Part shown: piece by piece, positions 25,903-35,853 of the stretch
Numbering within the stretch: position 1 is the stretch's first letter
Layout of the letters: each line of letters starts with the position of its first letter
Assembly (NCBI RefSeq): GCF_009909105.1
Contig: NZ_JAAAPK010000002.1
Coordinates: 157,827-221,826, forward strand
Direction: 5' to 3'
DNA: 64,000 bases
Source of the DNA: Corallococcus exiguus
GTDB lineage: Bacteria; Myxococcota; Myxococcia; Myxococcales; Myxococcaceae
Translations under genes and position numbers: made by a program
The notes under the pieces: generated by a model
What the model was told of the DNA's origin: nothing
The model's database searches: none
What the model saw: the letters and a program-made list of their open reading frames with translations, nothing else

Positions 25903-27300
25903 TTGACTATGGACGTGAGGATCTCACTAGACGCAAAGAACGCACTGCTGCGCGGCCTTCCGTCCATCGAACAACTCCTGCGGCGGCCGTCGCTGGAGTT
26001 CCGGCTCGCGAACCTTCCCCACGCCCGCGCGGTCGCGGCGCTGCGGCTCGCTGTTGAACGCGTGCGTGCCCGGCTCCTCGCCGGTGACCTGCGTCCCTTC
26101 GAAGACGCGGACGTGGAAGCGGCGCTCGCGTCCCTCTCCACGCCAAACCTCCGGCGAGTGATCAACGCCACCGGCGTCGTGCTCCACACGAACCTCGGCC
26201 GCGCACCGCTAGCTCCAGAAGCCGTGGAACGAGTCGTCGCCGTGGCCCGGGGCTACTCCAACCTGGAATACGACCTGGACGAAGGCGAACGGGGCAGCCG
26301 CTACGCCCCGCTCATCGGCCACCTGCGCACGCTTACCGGCGCGGAGGACGCCATCGTCGTCAACAACTGCGCGGGCGCAGTGCTGCTCGTCCTCGCCGCG
26401 CTCGCCTCCGGCCGCGAATGCATCGTCTCCCGCGGCGAGCTCGTCGAAATCGGCGGAGGCTTCCGCATCCCCGACGTCATGCGCCAGTCCGGCGCGAAGC
26501 TCGTCGAAGTGGGCACCACCAACCGCACCCGCCGCGCGGACTACGCCAACGCCCTGAGTCCAGACACCGGCCTCATCGTGAAGGTCCACCGCTCCAACTT
26601 CGCGCTCGTCGGCTTCACGGAAGAGGCGTCCCTCGCGGAGCTCACCGAACTGGGACGCTCCCGTGACGTGCCCGTGTTCCAGGACCTGGGCTCCGGCGCA
26701 CTCATTCCGCTGTCCGGCCCGGGCCTCACCCCGGAGCCCACCGTGGGCCAGGCCATCCGGGACGGCGCGGACGTCGTCGCCTTCTCCGGCGACAAGCTCC
26801 TCGGCGGTCCCCAGGCGGGCGTCATCGTCGGCCGCGCGGACCTGCTCCAGCGCATCAAATCCCACCCGCTCACACGTGCGCTGCGTGTCGACAAGATGAC
26901 GGTCGCGGCCCTGGAGGCGACGCTGGAGCTGTACCGGGATGGCCGCGCGGACGCGGTCCCCACCCAAAGCCTGCTCACCCAGCAACCGGCTTTGTTGCAA
27001 TCCCGTGCCGAACGCCTGGCGGCCTTGCTCGCGGCGCTGGGCGTGGAGGGCCGTGTCGTGTCCGTGGATGGACAGGTGGGTGGAGGTGCCATGCCTCTGT
27101 CCCGGTTGCCTTCCTACGCTTGCAGCCTCACCGTAGAAGCGCCGAAAGTATTCCTGGAACGTCTGCGCGAAGCCGAGGTGCCGGTTATTGGCAGGATTGC
27201 GGATGACGAGGTCGTTCTCGACGTCCGGTGTCTCTCAGAGGAGGACCTGGGGCAGGTCGCGCAGGCTGTGGCGGCCGCCCGTTCGGGAAGCCAGCCATGA
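25903..27300 (+). CDS. selA: L-seryl-tRNA(Sec) selenium transferase
   Basis: VINATGVVLHTNLGRAPL is present, and the PLP-lysine motif FSGDKLLGGPQAG is present. Length is 465 aa. Confidence 0.9.
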   Translation: MTMDVRISLDAKNALLRGLPSIEQLLRRPSLEFRLANLPHARAVAALRLAVERVRARLLAGDLRPFEDADVEAALASLSTPNLRRVINATGVVLHTNLGRAPLAPEAVERVVAVARGYSNLEYDLDEGERGSRYAPLIGHLRTLTGAEDAIVVNNCAGAVLLVLAALASGRECIVSRGELVEIGGGFRIPDVMRQSGAKLVEVGTTNRTRRADYANALSPDTGLIVKVHRSNFALVGFTEEASLAELTELGRSRDVPVFQDLGSGALIPLSGPGLTPEPTVGQAIRDGADVVAFSGDKLLGGPQAGVIVGRADLLQRIKSHPLTRALRVDKMTVAALEATLELYRDGRADAVPTQSLLTQQPALLQSRAERLAALLAALGVEGRVVSVDGQVGGGAMPLSRLPSYACSLTVEAPKVFLERLREAEVPVIGRIADDEVVLDVRCLSEEDLGQVAQAVAAARSGSQP

Positions 27301-27890
27301 TCAACAGCGCCGTGCTCGTTTTAAACCGGTACTACCAACCGGTTCACGTGACGTCAGTCAAACGGGCCTTTTCCCTGCTGTATCAGGGCGTCGCCAAAGC
27401 CATCGACGAACAGTACCGGCTGTATGAGTTCGAGGACTGGGCCGCCCTCAGCGCCACCCAGGACAGCATCACCACCATCGACCGCACCATCCGCGTGCCG
27501 CGCGTCCTCGTGCTCGGCGCGTATGACCACCTGCCTCGCGCCAAGGTGCGCTTCTCGCGCCTCAACATCTACGCGCGCGACAACGACACCTGCCAGTACT
27601 GCGCGAAGCAACTGCCCCGCAGCGAGCTCAACCTGGACCACGTCAGCCCGCGCACCCAGGGCGGCAAGACGACGTGGGAGAACGTCGTGTGCTCCTGCGT
27701 GCCCTGCAACCTGAAGAAGGGCGGGCGCACGCCGGAACAGGCCGGGATGCGGCTGCTCAAGAAACCCGTGCGCCCGCGCTGGACGCCGCTGTTTCGCGGC
27801 GCCATCCGCAAGATCACCTACCGGGAGTGGCTGCCGTTCCTCCACCTCGCGGACGTGTCGTACTGGAACGTCGAGCTGCTCGACGAGTGA
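27297..27890 (+). CDS. HNH endonuclease-domain protein
   Basis: ATG at 27297 overlaps the selA stop (ATGA). HNH elements: CQYC…LNLDHVSPRTQGGKTTWENVVCSCVPCNLKK. Confidence 0.75.
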   Translation: MINSAVLVLNRYYQPVHVTSVKRAFSLLYQGVAKAIDEQYRLYEFEDWAALSATQDSITTIDRTIRVPRVLVLGAYDHLPRAKVRFSRLNIYARDNDTCQYCAKQLPRSELNLDHVSPRTQGGKTTWENVVCSCVPCNLKKGGRTPEQAGMRLLKKPVRPRWTPLFRGAIRKITYREWLPFLHLADVSYWNVELLDE

Positions 27891-27982
27891 CAGCGAACGG
27901 CTCCCCGGCCGCCTGCTCCCCGAGCCTCCTGGCTCCGGGGCGCGGGCTCCGGGCGCTACAGGGTCGGCCGTGAAATGGCGGG

Positions 27983-29059
27983 GTGTCGACTCGGGCGGTA
28001 GGACGGGCTTTGATGCGAGCCTTCGTGAAGCCCGCCCCCTTGCCTCCATCCGCTCCCGCCCCCCTGGCTGGCACTTCGCCGCGTGCAGGCAATGACGCAT
28101 CGCCCTCGGGTCCAGCGGGACTCGCGCGGCGCGCCCGCGCGCGGCGGATCATCGCGGTGGGTGGCGGCAAGGGCGGCATCGGCAAGTCGATGGTGTCCGC
28201 GAACCTGGGCGTCGCGCTCGCGCAGGCAGGCCAGAAGGTGCTGCTCGTGGACGCGGACCTGGGCGGCGCCAACCTGCACACGTGCCTGGGCGTGGGCCCT
28301 CCGGAGTCCACGCTGTCGGACTTCCTCCGCCGTGGGAAGGCGAACCTCGAAGAGGTGATGGTCTCCACCGGCGTGCCGGGACTGTCGCTGATCGCCGGCG
28401 CGCAGGACTCGCTGGACGCGGCGAACCTCAAGTACGCGCAGAAGCAGAAGCTCTTGCGCACGCTGCTGTCCCAGACGACGGCGGACTACCTCATCCTGGA
28501 CCTGGGCGCGGGCACCAGCTTCAACACGCTCGACTTCTTCCTCATCGCGGACCACGGCCTGCTCGTCGTGCTGCCGGAGCCCACGTCCGTGGAGAACGCG
28601 TACCGCTTCGTCAAGGCGGCCTTCTTCCGCAAGCTCCAGCAGACGGAGGCGCGCTACGGCATCCAGGACATGGTCGAGGGCGCGCTGTCCACCCGTGAGG
28701 GCGCCCTGCGGACGCTGCACGACATCGTCGCGCAGGTGCGGCGCAAGGCCCCTTCGGACGCGGAGCGGCTGGAGCGCGAGCTGGCGGCGTTCCACGTGCG
28801 GCTCGTCGTGAACCAGGCGCGCACGGACGCGGATGAGAAGGTCGGCGCCGCGATGGTGTCCGCGTGGAAGAAGTTCTTCGGTATCGACATGGATGACCTG
28901 GGCGCCCTGCGCCACGACGATGAAGCGTGGCGCGCGGTGCGCAAGCGCAAGCCGGTGCTCCTCGAGCGGCCCGATTCGCCCGTATCCCAGGGACTCCAGC
29001 GCATCGCCGCGCGTATCCTGACGCTCGACGGCATTTCCCCCGAGTCCGCCATCCCATGA
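27983..29059 (+). CDS. ParA/MinD-family P-loop ATPase with ~60-aa basic N-terminal extension
   Basis: Deviant Walker A GGGKGGIGKS. LLVDADLGGANLH is present. ILDLGAGTS is present. Confidence 0.85.
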   Translation: MSTRAVGRALMRAFVKPAPLPPSAPAPLAGTSPRAGNDASPSGPAGLARRARARRIIAVGGGKGGIGKSMVSANLGVALAQAGQKVLLVDADLGGANLHTCLGVGPPESTLSDFLRRGKANLEEVMVSTGVPGLSLIAGAQDSLDAANLKYAQKQKLLRTLLSQTTADYLILDLGAGTSFNTLDFFLIADHGLLVVLPEPTSVENAYRFVKAAFFRKLQQTEARYGIQDMVEGALSTREGALRTLHDIVAQVRRKAPSDAERLERELAAFHVRLVVNQARTDADEKVGAAMVSAWKKFFGIDMDDLGALRHDDEAWRAVRKRKPVLLERPDSPVSQGLQRIAARILTLDGISPESAIP

Positions 29060-30834
29060 AGCCCTTCGCGCAGCAGACCTATTACGAGATCCTGGAGGTG
29101 CCGCCCACGGCGAGCGACGCGGACATCCGCGCGGCCCACCAGCGCCTGATGGAGCTGTATTCGCCGGATTCCATCGCGGTGTACGCGCTGGGGGATCCGG
29201 ATCAGGTGGAAGCGCTACGTGACCGGATGAACGAGGCGATGGAGATGCTCACCGACGCGGACCTGCGCGTCGAGTATGACCGCTCCATCGGGCTGACCAC
29301 GGAGCGGCTGGCGAAGGCCGCCGCGACGGCGGAGGCCGCGGGTGCGGTGGACTCGGCCGCGCGTGTCGCGGAGGCCCTGGCCACCGCGGCGGCGGCGCTG
29401 GCGAAGGCCGCGGGCGCGGTGGATGCCGAAAGGCTGGAGGCGGAGTCGCGACTGAAGGCCGCGACGTCCGTGAACGACGATGAAGGGGAGGCGGCTCGCG
29501 CGAGCGGGACGCCTGGAAAGAGCGAGGAGCGGATGCGGGGTGAGGAGTCGAAGCGGCAGGAGTCCTCGGGGATGGACGCGCCCGGCGTGCCCTCCGAGCC
29601 GGTGATGGTGGGAGGCGTGGCGGTGGTGGAGGCCTTCCGTGCCTCGTTCACCCGGAGCCTGTCGTTCGTCTACGTTCCCGCGAGTCCGCTGCGCGGCCAG
29701 GGCAGGGGAGTCATCGAAGCGCCGGCCCCCGCCGTGGACGCGAAGTCCTCCATCGCCGAGAACGCGCCGGCTGCCTCGGCACCCAAGGACGAGGCACCTG
29801 CCCCGGCCGAGACCCCTGCCAATGCGGTCGCGTCCCCTTCGGAAGCCGAGCCTCCGGCTGGATCCGTTTCCGCGCCCGCGAGCTCCTCCGTCGAGCCCCC
29901 GGAAGCCGCGGATCCTTCCGCAGCGGTCGCGCCAGACCGCGTGGAGGCCCTCGATGCGCCTGTTGTCTCCGAGGCAACAGAGGTCCCGGCTCCCCAGCCC
30001 GTGACGGACCCCCATCCCGTGGCCGCGTCGCCCGTGGCCGAGGTCAGCGCCACGCCCGCCGCGCCGCTCACGCCGGAAGAGAGCGCCACGCCCTCCGCGC
30101 CAGTTGCCGAGCCTCACGTGCCTGAAGCGGGCGCCGCGCCGGAAGCCAGCGCCACGCCTGTCGCCGAGCCCCAGGTCCCGGAGGCCGGATCCGTGGCCAC
30201 CAGCCCCGCGCCCGCCTCGGACGCGGCCGCGGTGACGACCACCCAGGGCGAGTCGGATCCGAACCCCGCCCCGGGCACTCCGACCCTGGACTCCAGTACC
30301 ACCGCGCTGGCCCGGATCCCGGCCACCGGGGCCTCCCGCGCCGCCGTTCGACCCCTGACGTCGTCTCGCCCCATCGACTCGCGTTCGCCGCAGAAGGGCC
30401 CCACGGGGCCGGGCACCGTGAAGAGCCCCACGGTGAAGGGCCCCACGGTCCGCAAGCTCGGGGACGCCCAGGTCCTGGCTCAGGATTCCGCCATCGCGAC
30501 CGCTGAGTCCGCGCTGGCCCAGGTGGCCGCCAAGGTCCGCGAGGCCCGCCCCCGGGGCGTGGACATCCCCTCGGACGCCGAGTTCAACGGCGAACTGCTC
30601 CGCCGCGTCCGCGAGGCCCGGGGCCTCTCCATCCAGCAGCTGGCCGACCGCACCCGCATCTCCGTGCGTCACCTGGAGAACGTGGAGGCGGACCGCTACA
30701 CCGCGCTCCCCACCACCGTGTACCTGCGCGGCATCCTCATGAACCTCGCCCGCGAGCTGGGTCTGGACCCCCTGCGAGTGTCCAAGAGCTACCTCGCGCT
30801 GTTCTCCGAGAAACCCGCCAAGTCGGGCCGTTGA
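29056..30834 (+). CDS. J-domain-like N-terminus / long Ala-Pro-Glu-rich linker / C-terminal HTH_XRE protein
   Basis: ATG at 29056 overlaps the ParA stop (ATGA). The N-terminus QTYYEILEVPPTASDADIRAAHQRLMELYSPD is J-like but lacks a canonical HPD. The C-terminus LLRRVREARGLSIQQLADRTRISVRHLENVEAD is a Cro/C1-type HTH. Confidence 0.6.
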   Translation: MKPFAQQTYYEILEVPPTASDADIRAAHQRLMELYSPDSIAVYALGDPDQVEALRDRMNEAMEMLTDADLRVEYDRSIGLTTERLAKAAATAEAAGAVDSAARVAEALATAAAALAKAAGAVDAERLEAESRLKAATSVNDDEGEAARASGTPGKSEERMRGEESKRQESSGMDAPGVPSEPVMVGGVAVVEAFRASFTRSLSFVYVPASPLRGQGRGVIEAPAPAVDAKSSIAENAPAASAPKDEAPAPAETPANAVASPSEAEPPAGSVSAPASSSVEPPEAADPSAAVAPDRVEALDAPVVSEATEVPAPQPVTDPHPVAASPVAEVSATPAAPLTPEESATPSAPVAEPHVPEAGAAPEASATPVAEPQVPEAGSVATSPAPASDAAAVTTTQGESDPNPAPGTPTLDSSTTALARIPATGASRAAVRPLTSSRPIDSRSPQKGPTGPGTVKSPTVKGPTVRKLGDAQVLAQDSAIATAESALAQVAAKVREARPRGVDIPSDAEFNGELLRRVREARGLSIQQLADRTRISVRHLENVEADRYTALPTTVYLRGILMNLARELGLDPLRVSKSYLALFSEKPAKSGR

Positions 30835-30911
30835 CCGGGAGTCGGCCGGGCCCCCTGCCATGCGACGGGAAAAGTTGACTCGCACGGGGTGGGTGCCTAA
30901 GTAGTGGCACG

Positions 30912-31175
30912 ATGACGGAAGAGGAAAAGGTCAAGGCGATGCGACTCGCTCGCGCGATCGCCTCCGATATCTCGCTCTACAACGAGCAGAAGATCATCAA
31001 GGGCATCGAGCAGGACAACCTTTTCGAGGTCCTCAAGGAGGAACTGGAAGAGGGGCGCGCGCTCTACAAGAGCCGCGTGAGCGTGGAAATCAGCACCCAG
31101 GCGAACTTCTTCGAGCGCGCCATCAACGACATCGTGTTGCGCTCCAAGGCGCACGTGAAGTCGAAGATCTGGTAG
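30912..31175 (+). CDS. Small conserved hypothetical protein (87 aa)
   Basis: Track ORF with regular codon usage, lying between two same-strand genes. Confidence 0.45.
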   Translation: MTEEEKVKAMRLARAIASDISLYNEQKIIKGIEQDNLFEVLKEELEEGRALYKSRVSVEISTQANFFERAINDIVLRSKAHVKSKIW

Positions 31176-31186
31176 CGCCCTCCGCC

Positions 31187-32212
31187 GTGGCCGCACCCGA
31201 CACGCGCGAGCACCGTGCCCTCCCCGAAGCCCGGGGTGAGCGGCTGGATGCGTACCTGGCCCGCGCGTTCCCGGGCCTCACGCGCTCCCGCCTCCAGGGC
31301 CTCATCGCCGACGGCCACGTGCTGTCGGACGGCAAGCCCGCCAAGGCCGCGCAGCGTCTGCGCGGAGGGGAGCTGCTGTCCCTCCACATCCCCGCGCCCG
31401 TCGCGGCCATCCCGCAGGCGGAAGCCCTGCCCGTGTCCGTGCTGCACGAGGACCGCGACCTCGTCGTCGTGGACAAGGCCGCCGGCATGGTGGTGCACCC
31501 GGGCGCGGGCCACGCGTCCGGCACGCTGGTCAACGCGCTGCTGCACCGCGTGAAGGACCTGGCCGGCGTGGGCGGCGAGCTGCGCCCCGGCATCGTCCAC
31601 CGCCTGGACAAGGACACCACCGGCTGCCTCGTCGTCGCCAAGCACGAGCAGGCGCTGGTGGCGCTCCAGAAGGCCTTCAAGACGCGCGAGGTCCAGAAGA
31701 CGTACCTGGCCCTGGTGCACGGCGTGCCGCCCGCGGAAGGGCGCATCGAGACGCTCTACGGCCGCCACCCCATCCACCGGCAGAAGTTCACCGGCAAGGT
31801 GAAGGAGGGCAAGACCGCCATCACCCTGTTCCGCGTGCGCGAGGCCTTCGACGGCGCCGCGCTGGTGGAGGTGGACCTGCTCACCGGCCGCACGCACCAG
31901 ATCCGCGTCCACCTGGCGGAAGCCGGACACCCGCTCTTGTGCGACGCGCTCTACGGCGCCGGCCGCAAGGCGAAGGGCGCGGTAGCGGACGCGCAGGAGG
32001 CGGTGGGCCGCCAGGCGCTGCACGCGTGGCGCCTGGCCTTCGAACACCCGCGCACCCACAAGGCGCTGGACCTGGAAGCCCCCCTCCCGGAGGACTTCCA
32101 GAAGGCGCTCACGCGCTTGCGCGAGGCGAGCGTCCCCGCGGGCCCGCCCACGAAGGCGAAGCCCGCGGCGAAGAAGCCGGCGGCGAAGAAGGCTACAGGC
32201 CGGAAACGCTGA
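31187..32212 (+). CDS. rluD: 23S rRNA pseudouridine synthase, RluA family (RluD-type with S4 domain)
   Basis: The N-terminal S4-like segment is RLDAYLARAF…GHVLSDGK. The catalytic motif is HRLDKDTTGCLVVAK. The C-terminal tail is Lys/Ala-rich. Confidence 0.8.
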   Translation: MAAPDTREHRALPEARGERLDAYLARAFPGLTRSRLQGLIADGHVLSDGKPAKAAQRLRGGELLSLHIPAPVAAIPQAEALPVSVLHEDRDLVVVDKAAGMVVHPGAGHASGTLVNALLHRVKDLAGVGGELRPGIVHRLDKDTTGCLVVAKHEQALVALQKAFKTREVQKTYLALVHGVPPAEGRIETLYGRHPIHRQKFTGKVKEGKTAITLFRVREAFDGAALVEVDLLTGRTHQIRVHLAEAGHPLLCDALYGAGRKAKGAVADAQEAVGRQALHAWRLAFEHPRTHKALDLEAPLPEDFQKALTRLREASVPAGPPTKAKPAAKKPAAKKATGRKR

Positions 32213-33503
32213 TCTGCTGCTGGCGGCGGGAGAGGACCTTGATGGGCTGGATGGCCATCACCCGCATGAAGACGGACAGCAGCTCCGGGTCGAACTTCTG
32301 GCGCATCTCCGTCCACATCAGCATCAGCGCCACCTCCGGGCCGTACGCGTCCCGGTAGGGCCTGCGGGAGGTGAGCGCGTCGTACGCGTCGCAGATGGCG
32401 ATGATCTTCGCGTACACCCCCAGGTTCGTCTTGGGGATGATCATCTGGATGTTGCCGCGCGCGTCCCGCACGGCGGTGCCGTAGTCCGTCTTGTGCTCGA
32501 ACGTCGTCACCACGCGCAGGAGCGTGGAGCGGCTGAAGCCCTTCTCCATCAGGATGTTGCGCACGCTGATGAGCGGCGCGCGGGCCACCGTCGTCTTTTC
32601 GTCCGCGGTGAGCGCGCCGCGCTTGGTGGCCAGCTCCTCCGGCAGCGTCGTCATGCCCGCGTCGTGGAAGAGCGCGATGTAGCCCAGGTCGCGCAGCTGC
32701 GGCTTGGTGAGGCCCAGCTCCGCGCCGAACACGATGCACATCAGCGCCACGTTCACCTGGTGGTAGACGAGGTAGTCCTCCTCGCGCTTCTGCGTCGTCA
32801 TGCCCAGGAAGTGGGTGCGCTGATCGTAGGAGATGTCCACGAAGTCCTGCACCAGGCGCAGCGCCCGCGAGGAGCCGATGGGCTTCCCCGCGCGCACGGA
32901 CTCCAGGTACTTCTGCAGGAAGAACACCGCGCGGGCGTACACGGTCATCGCGTACTTCTTGCGGTCGACCTTCTGGTCGCCCGGCGTGTCCATGTCCTTG
33001 TTCATCTTCTCCTTGAGCTTGGAGAACTTGGCCACGCGCATGTTGAGGAGCTTGCGCCCCTGCAGGCCGTCCTCCTCCGCGGTGGAGGACTGCTCCTTGC
33101 TGAAGATCCAGACGAAGTTCTTCAGCTCCTGCACCGTGACGGGCTTGGTCAGCGTGATGCCGCCCACGTCCTTGGCGCGCATCTCCGACAGCAGGTAGCG
33201 CTGGTTCTCGATGGAGTTCAGGTCCACCTTCACCAGCATGCCGTTCAGGTAGTACGAGTCCTTGACGCCCGTCAGCTCCAGCCGGCCTTCCTTGCCGATG
33301 ATCTGGTTGATGATGTCCTGGAGCTGGTGGAGCGGCTTTTCGAAAACGGCGTTCTCCGGGTCATACATCTTCACCGAGCGCACCAGCATGTAGAGGCCGG
33401 CGAGCATGGAGCGCGACAGGTTCTGGAGCTTCTCGTTGTGCTCTCGACCGTACTCGCCCAGGTTTTCCTCCTGGGTCTGATTGATCTTCAGATTGTCGGC
33501 CAT
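32193..33503 (-). CDS. HD-domain protein (HD-GYP-like, GYP motif degenerate)
   Basis: The HD motif is YIALFHDAGMT. The position expected for HHExxDGSGYP reads FEHKTDYGTA. The metal-binding Asp in ICDAYDALTS is retained. Confidence 0.7.
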   Translation of the reverse strand: MADNLKINQTQEENLGEYGREHNEKLQNLSRSMLAGLYMLVRSVKMYDPENAVFEKPLHQLQDIINQIIGKEGRLELTGVKDSYYLNGMLVKVDLNSIENQRYLLSEMRAKDVGGITLTKPVTVQELKNFVWIFSKEQSSTAEEDGLQGRKLLNMRVAKFSKLKEKMNKDMDTPGDQKVDRKKYAMTVYARAVFFLQKYLESVRAGKPIGSSRALRLVQDFVDISYDQRTHFLGMTTQKREEDYLVYHQVNVALMCIVFGAELGLTKPQLRDLGYIALFHDAGMTTLPEELATKRGALTADEKTTVARAPLISVRNILMEKGFSRSTLLRVVTTFEHKTDYGTAVRDARGNIQMIIPKTNLGVYAKIIAICDAYDALTSRRPYRDAYGPEVALMLMWTEMRQKFDPELLSVFMRVMAIQPIKVLSRRQQQISVSGL

Positions 33504-33507
33504 GGTG

Positions 33508-35274
33508 TCAGCTCGCCTCTTCCGGCAGCGCCGAGTCCCCGAACAGGGCCTTGCGCGTCTGGTACATCGCCTTGCGGGCCGCGGTGAGGACGTCCAAGGG
33601 CTGCGCCTTGTCCTCCAACACGCCCTGCAACATCTTGTAGGACTGGATGGAGCCCGCGCCGCCCAGGCCCATGATCGCCAGCAGCTTGTCCTCCATCACG
33701 CGCCGCTTGTTCAGCAGTGACGGCTTCACCGTCAGCAACTGCTGCATCATGGACAGCGCGGCGGGCAGGTTGGTGGCCCCGATGGCGGAGTAGAAAGCGG
33801 ACTTCTCGTCCGTCGTCTTCTTGTCCCAGCCCGGCTCGCGCACCTGCCGCACCAGGTCCGTGAAGGCCCGCTCGCGGTCGAACTCCGGCAGCAGCTTCGC
33901 GGCCAGCATGCGCACCTGGGAGACGCCGTCGGTGAGCGCATCCTGGATGATGCGCCGGGCCTCCGCCGTGCGGCCCCGCCCGATGATCTGCATGACCTCC
34001 AGCTTCACCACCAGGTTGGGGCTCTTCATCACCTGGCCGAACATCTTCACCCGCTCCGGGTGGTTGCTCTTCTCCAGGATGTAGACCATGTCGCGCACCG
34101 TCTGCGGCCGGTCCGACAAGAGGCGCGCGACGAAGGGCTCCGGCAGGTCGCGCGCGAACGTGGCCAGCACGTCGCCAATGAGCAGGCGGTTCTCCGGCAG
34201 CTCAATCGTCTCCAGCACGCTAAGCAGCGGCAGCACCGAGTCCACGCCCAGCGCCTGCAGGTAGCGCGTCACGTCCTGCGGCTGCCGCGTGCGCGTCGTC
34301 TTCAGCGACTCGCCCAGCCGCGTGAGGCGCTGCTCCTCGCCCATCTTGTGGAGGAAGTTGTTGAGCATGCGCCCCAGGTCCTCGCCGCCTTCGCGCTGGG
34401 AGAGCGCGCGCAGCTTGAGGACGATCTGGTTCACCGTGGCGAAGTCGTCCTGGAGCAGCAGCATGTCCAGCAGCTGCAGGAAGATTTCCTCCAGCAGCGC
34501 CGCGTCATCCACGCCGCCTTCCACCACCTGGAACACCGCGCCCACCAGCTTGGGGAAGAGGCGCGCGTTCTCCTCTTCGGTGATGTCGCGCTGGATGCGG
34601 GCCTTCAGGTCGTCCGAGGCGTGCCGGCCGCCCACGACGAGGCCGCGGATCTGCTCCACGCCGTCCAGCTTCGCGTCCAGGTCCTCCGCGGACACGCGCG
34701 CGAAGCGCAGGAAGTCGTCCGAGTTCGTCTGGAGGCGGGAGTAGAGGTAGCCCACCACCTTGTCCACCTCCACCTGGACCTCGTCCTCGGAGGCGCCCTC
34801 CATGGAGAAGCCCTCCACCACCACGTACTCCACCTGCTGCATGCCCGCGCGCCACAGCTGCGCGAGCACGTCGTCCGCGCCGCGCTCCGGCTCCGACAGC
34901 GCGATGAGCGTGAGGGTGACCAGCTCCTCCAGCGGCAGCCCCGGCCGGAAGATGAGCTGGCGGATGCCGTCGCGGAAGAACTTGTAGGGGAGCGGCGACT
35001 CTTCGGAGAAGAGCGGCTCGCCATGCAGCATGAAGTTCTGCTGTTCCACCTTCAGCGAGAGCGGTCCGAACTTCTCCGTGTACGTGGAGATGGCCTCCTG
35101 CGCCTTGGAGAGGAACTCCGGGAAGCGCGCCTCGTTGTGGCGGTACATGCCAATCTGCTTGATGCCCTTGAGCAGGTGGAACGCGAACGTCTTCGCCAGC
35201 TCCACCTTCTCGCGGACCTCCGGTGACTGCTCCGGCTCCGCGGTCGCGTCCGTGACTTTCTGGGGCTGTGCCAT
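33508..35274 (-). CDS. Hypothetical cytoplasmic helical-repeat protein (588 aa from ATG 35274)
   Basis: Track ORF 33508..35406 with internal start MAQPQKVTD. HEAT/ARM-like helical content is present. No catalytic motif is seen. Confidence 0.55.
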   Translation of the reverse strand: MAQPQKVTDATAEPEQSPEVREKVELAKTFAFHLLKGIKQIGMYRHNEARFPEFLSKAQEAISTYTEKFGPLSLKVEQQNFMLHGEPLFSEESPLPYKFFRDGIRQLIFRPGLPLEELVTLTLIALSEPERGADDVLAQLWRAGMQQVEYVVVEGFSMEGASEDEVQVEVDKVVGYLYSRLQTNSDDFLRFARVSAEDLDAKLDGVEQIRGLVVGGRHASDDLKARIQRDITEEENARLFPKLVGAVFQVVEGGVDDAALLEEIFLQLLDMLLLQDDFATVNQIVLKLRALSQREGGEDLGRMLNNFLHKMGEEQRLTRLGESLKTTRTRQPQDVTRYLQALGVDSVLPLLSVLETIELPENRLLIGDVLATFARDLPEPFVARLLSDRPQTVRDMVYILEKSNHPERVKMFGQVMKSPNLVVKLEVMQIIGRGRTAEARRIIQDALTDGVSQVRMLAAKLLPEFDRERAFTDLVRQVREPGWDKKTTDEKSAFYSAIGATNLPAALSMMQQLLTVKPSLLNKRRVMEDKLLAIMGLGGAGSIQSYKMLQGVLEDKAQPLDVLTAARKAMYQTRKALFGDSALPEEAS

Positions 35275-35474
35275 GAATCCTGGAAGAATCCGGAGGGGGT
35301 GGAAGGCCCCGGTGGGGGGAGCCTGGAGTGTACTCCCGTCCAGGTCCGGCTCCCAATTCGACAATTGCCCAGAATCCAGGGGGTTGGCGTGACACCTGGG
35401 CAACATGGGGCGGACTGGCGGTGAAGCCCCGGTGTGTTACGCAAGGAGTCCCTTTGCAGCCTGGAGTCCCGTCC

Positions 35475-35807
35475 ATGAAGCGACTGGCCGCGTCCGCCCT
35501 GGTCCTGGCGTCCCTCACGGGCTGCTTCCGCATGAGCGTGCGCAGTCCGGCGCCGCGCGATGGCGCACCGGAGGCCCAGACGGGTGTGAGCCTGGTGGAG
35601 GGGCTGACGACGTCCAACGTGGCCGCGGCGGAGTGCCGGCATGGCCTGTCCCGGGTGGACGTGTACTGGCCGTGGTGGAGCCCGTTCGTCTACGCCTTCA
35701 CCTTCGGCATCGTGACGCCGCTGCGCGCGGAGTACGTCTGCGCGAAGGGGTCCGCGGACGCTGCCGGCGGCGACACGGAGGTGCCGCCGTCGGTGCCTGG
35801 GCTGTGA
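35475..35807 (+). CDS. Small lipoprotein (Bor-like)
   Basis: MKRLAASALVLASLTGC has a lipobox. The mature part is about 90 aa. Confidence 0.55.
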   Translation: MKRLAASALVLASLTGCFRMSVRSPAPRDGAPEAQTGVSLVEGLTTSNVAAAECRHGLSRVDVYWPWWSPFVYAFTFGIVTPLRAEYVCAKGSADAAGGDTEVPPSVPGL

Positions 35808-35853
35808 CGTAAACCTCCCCGCGAGCACGAAGCGGGGAGGGTGCTTCAAGCCG

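Noticed and set aside
29200-30500. Ala/Pro/Glu-rich low-complexity region considered as a nucleotide tandem repeat or CRISPR
   Set aside because: The periodicity is at the amino-acid composition level only (PEA-rich linker inside the J-like/HTH protein). There are no exact DNA direct repeats with spacers.
31064-32059. 331-aa minus-strand ORF antisense to the pseudouridine synthase gene
   Set aside because: The plus frame contains the RluA-family catalytic HRLDKDTTG motif. The antisense frame has no motif.
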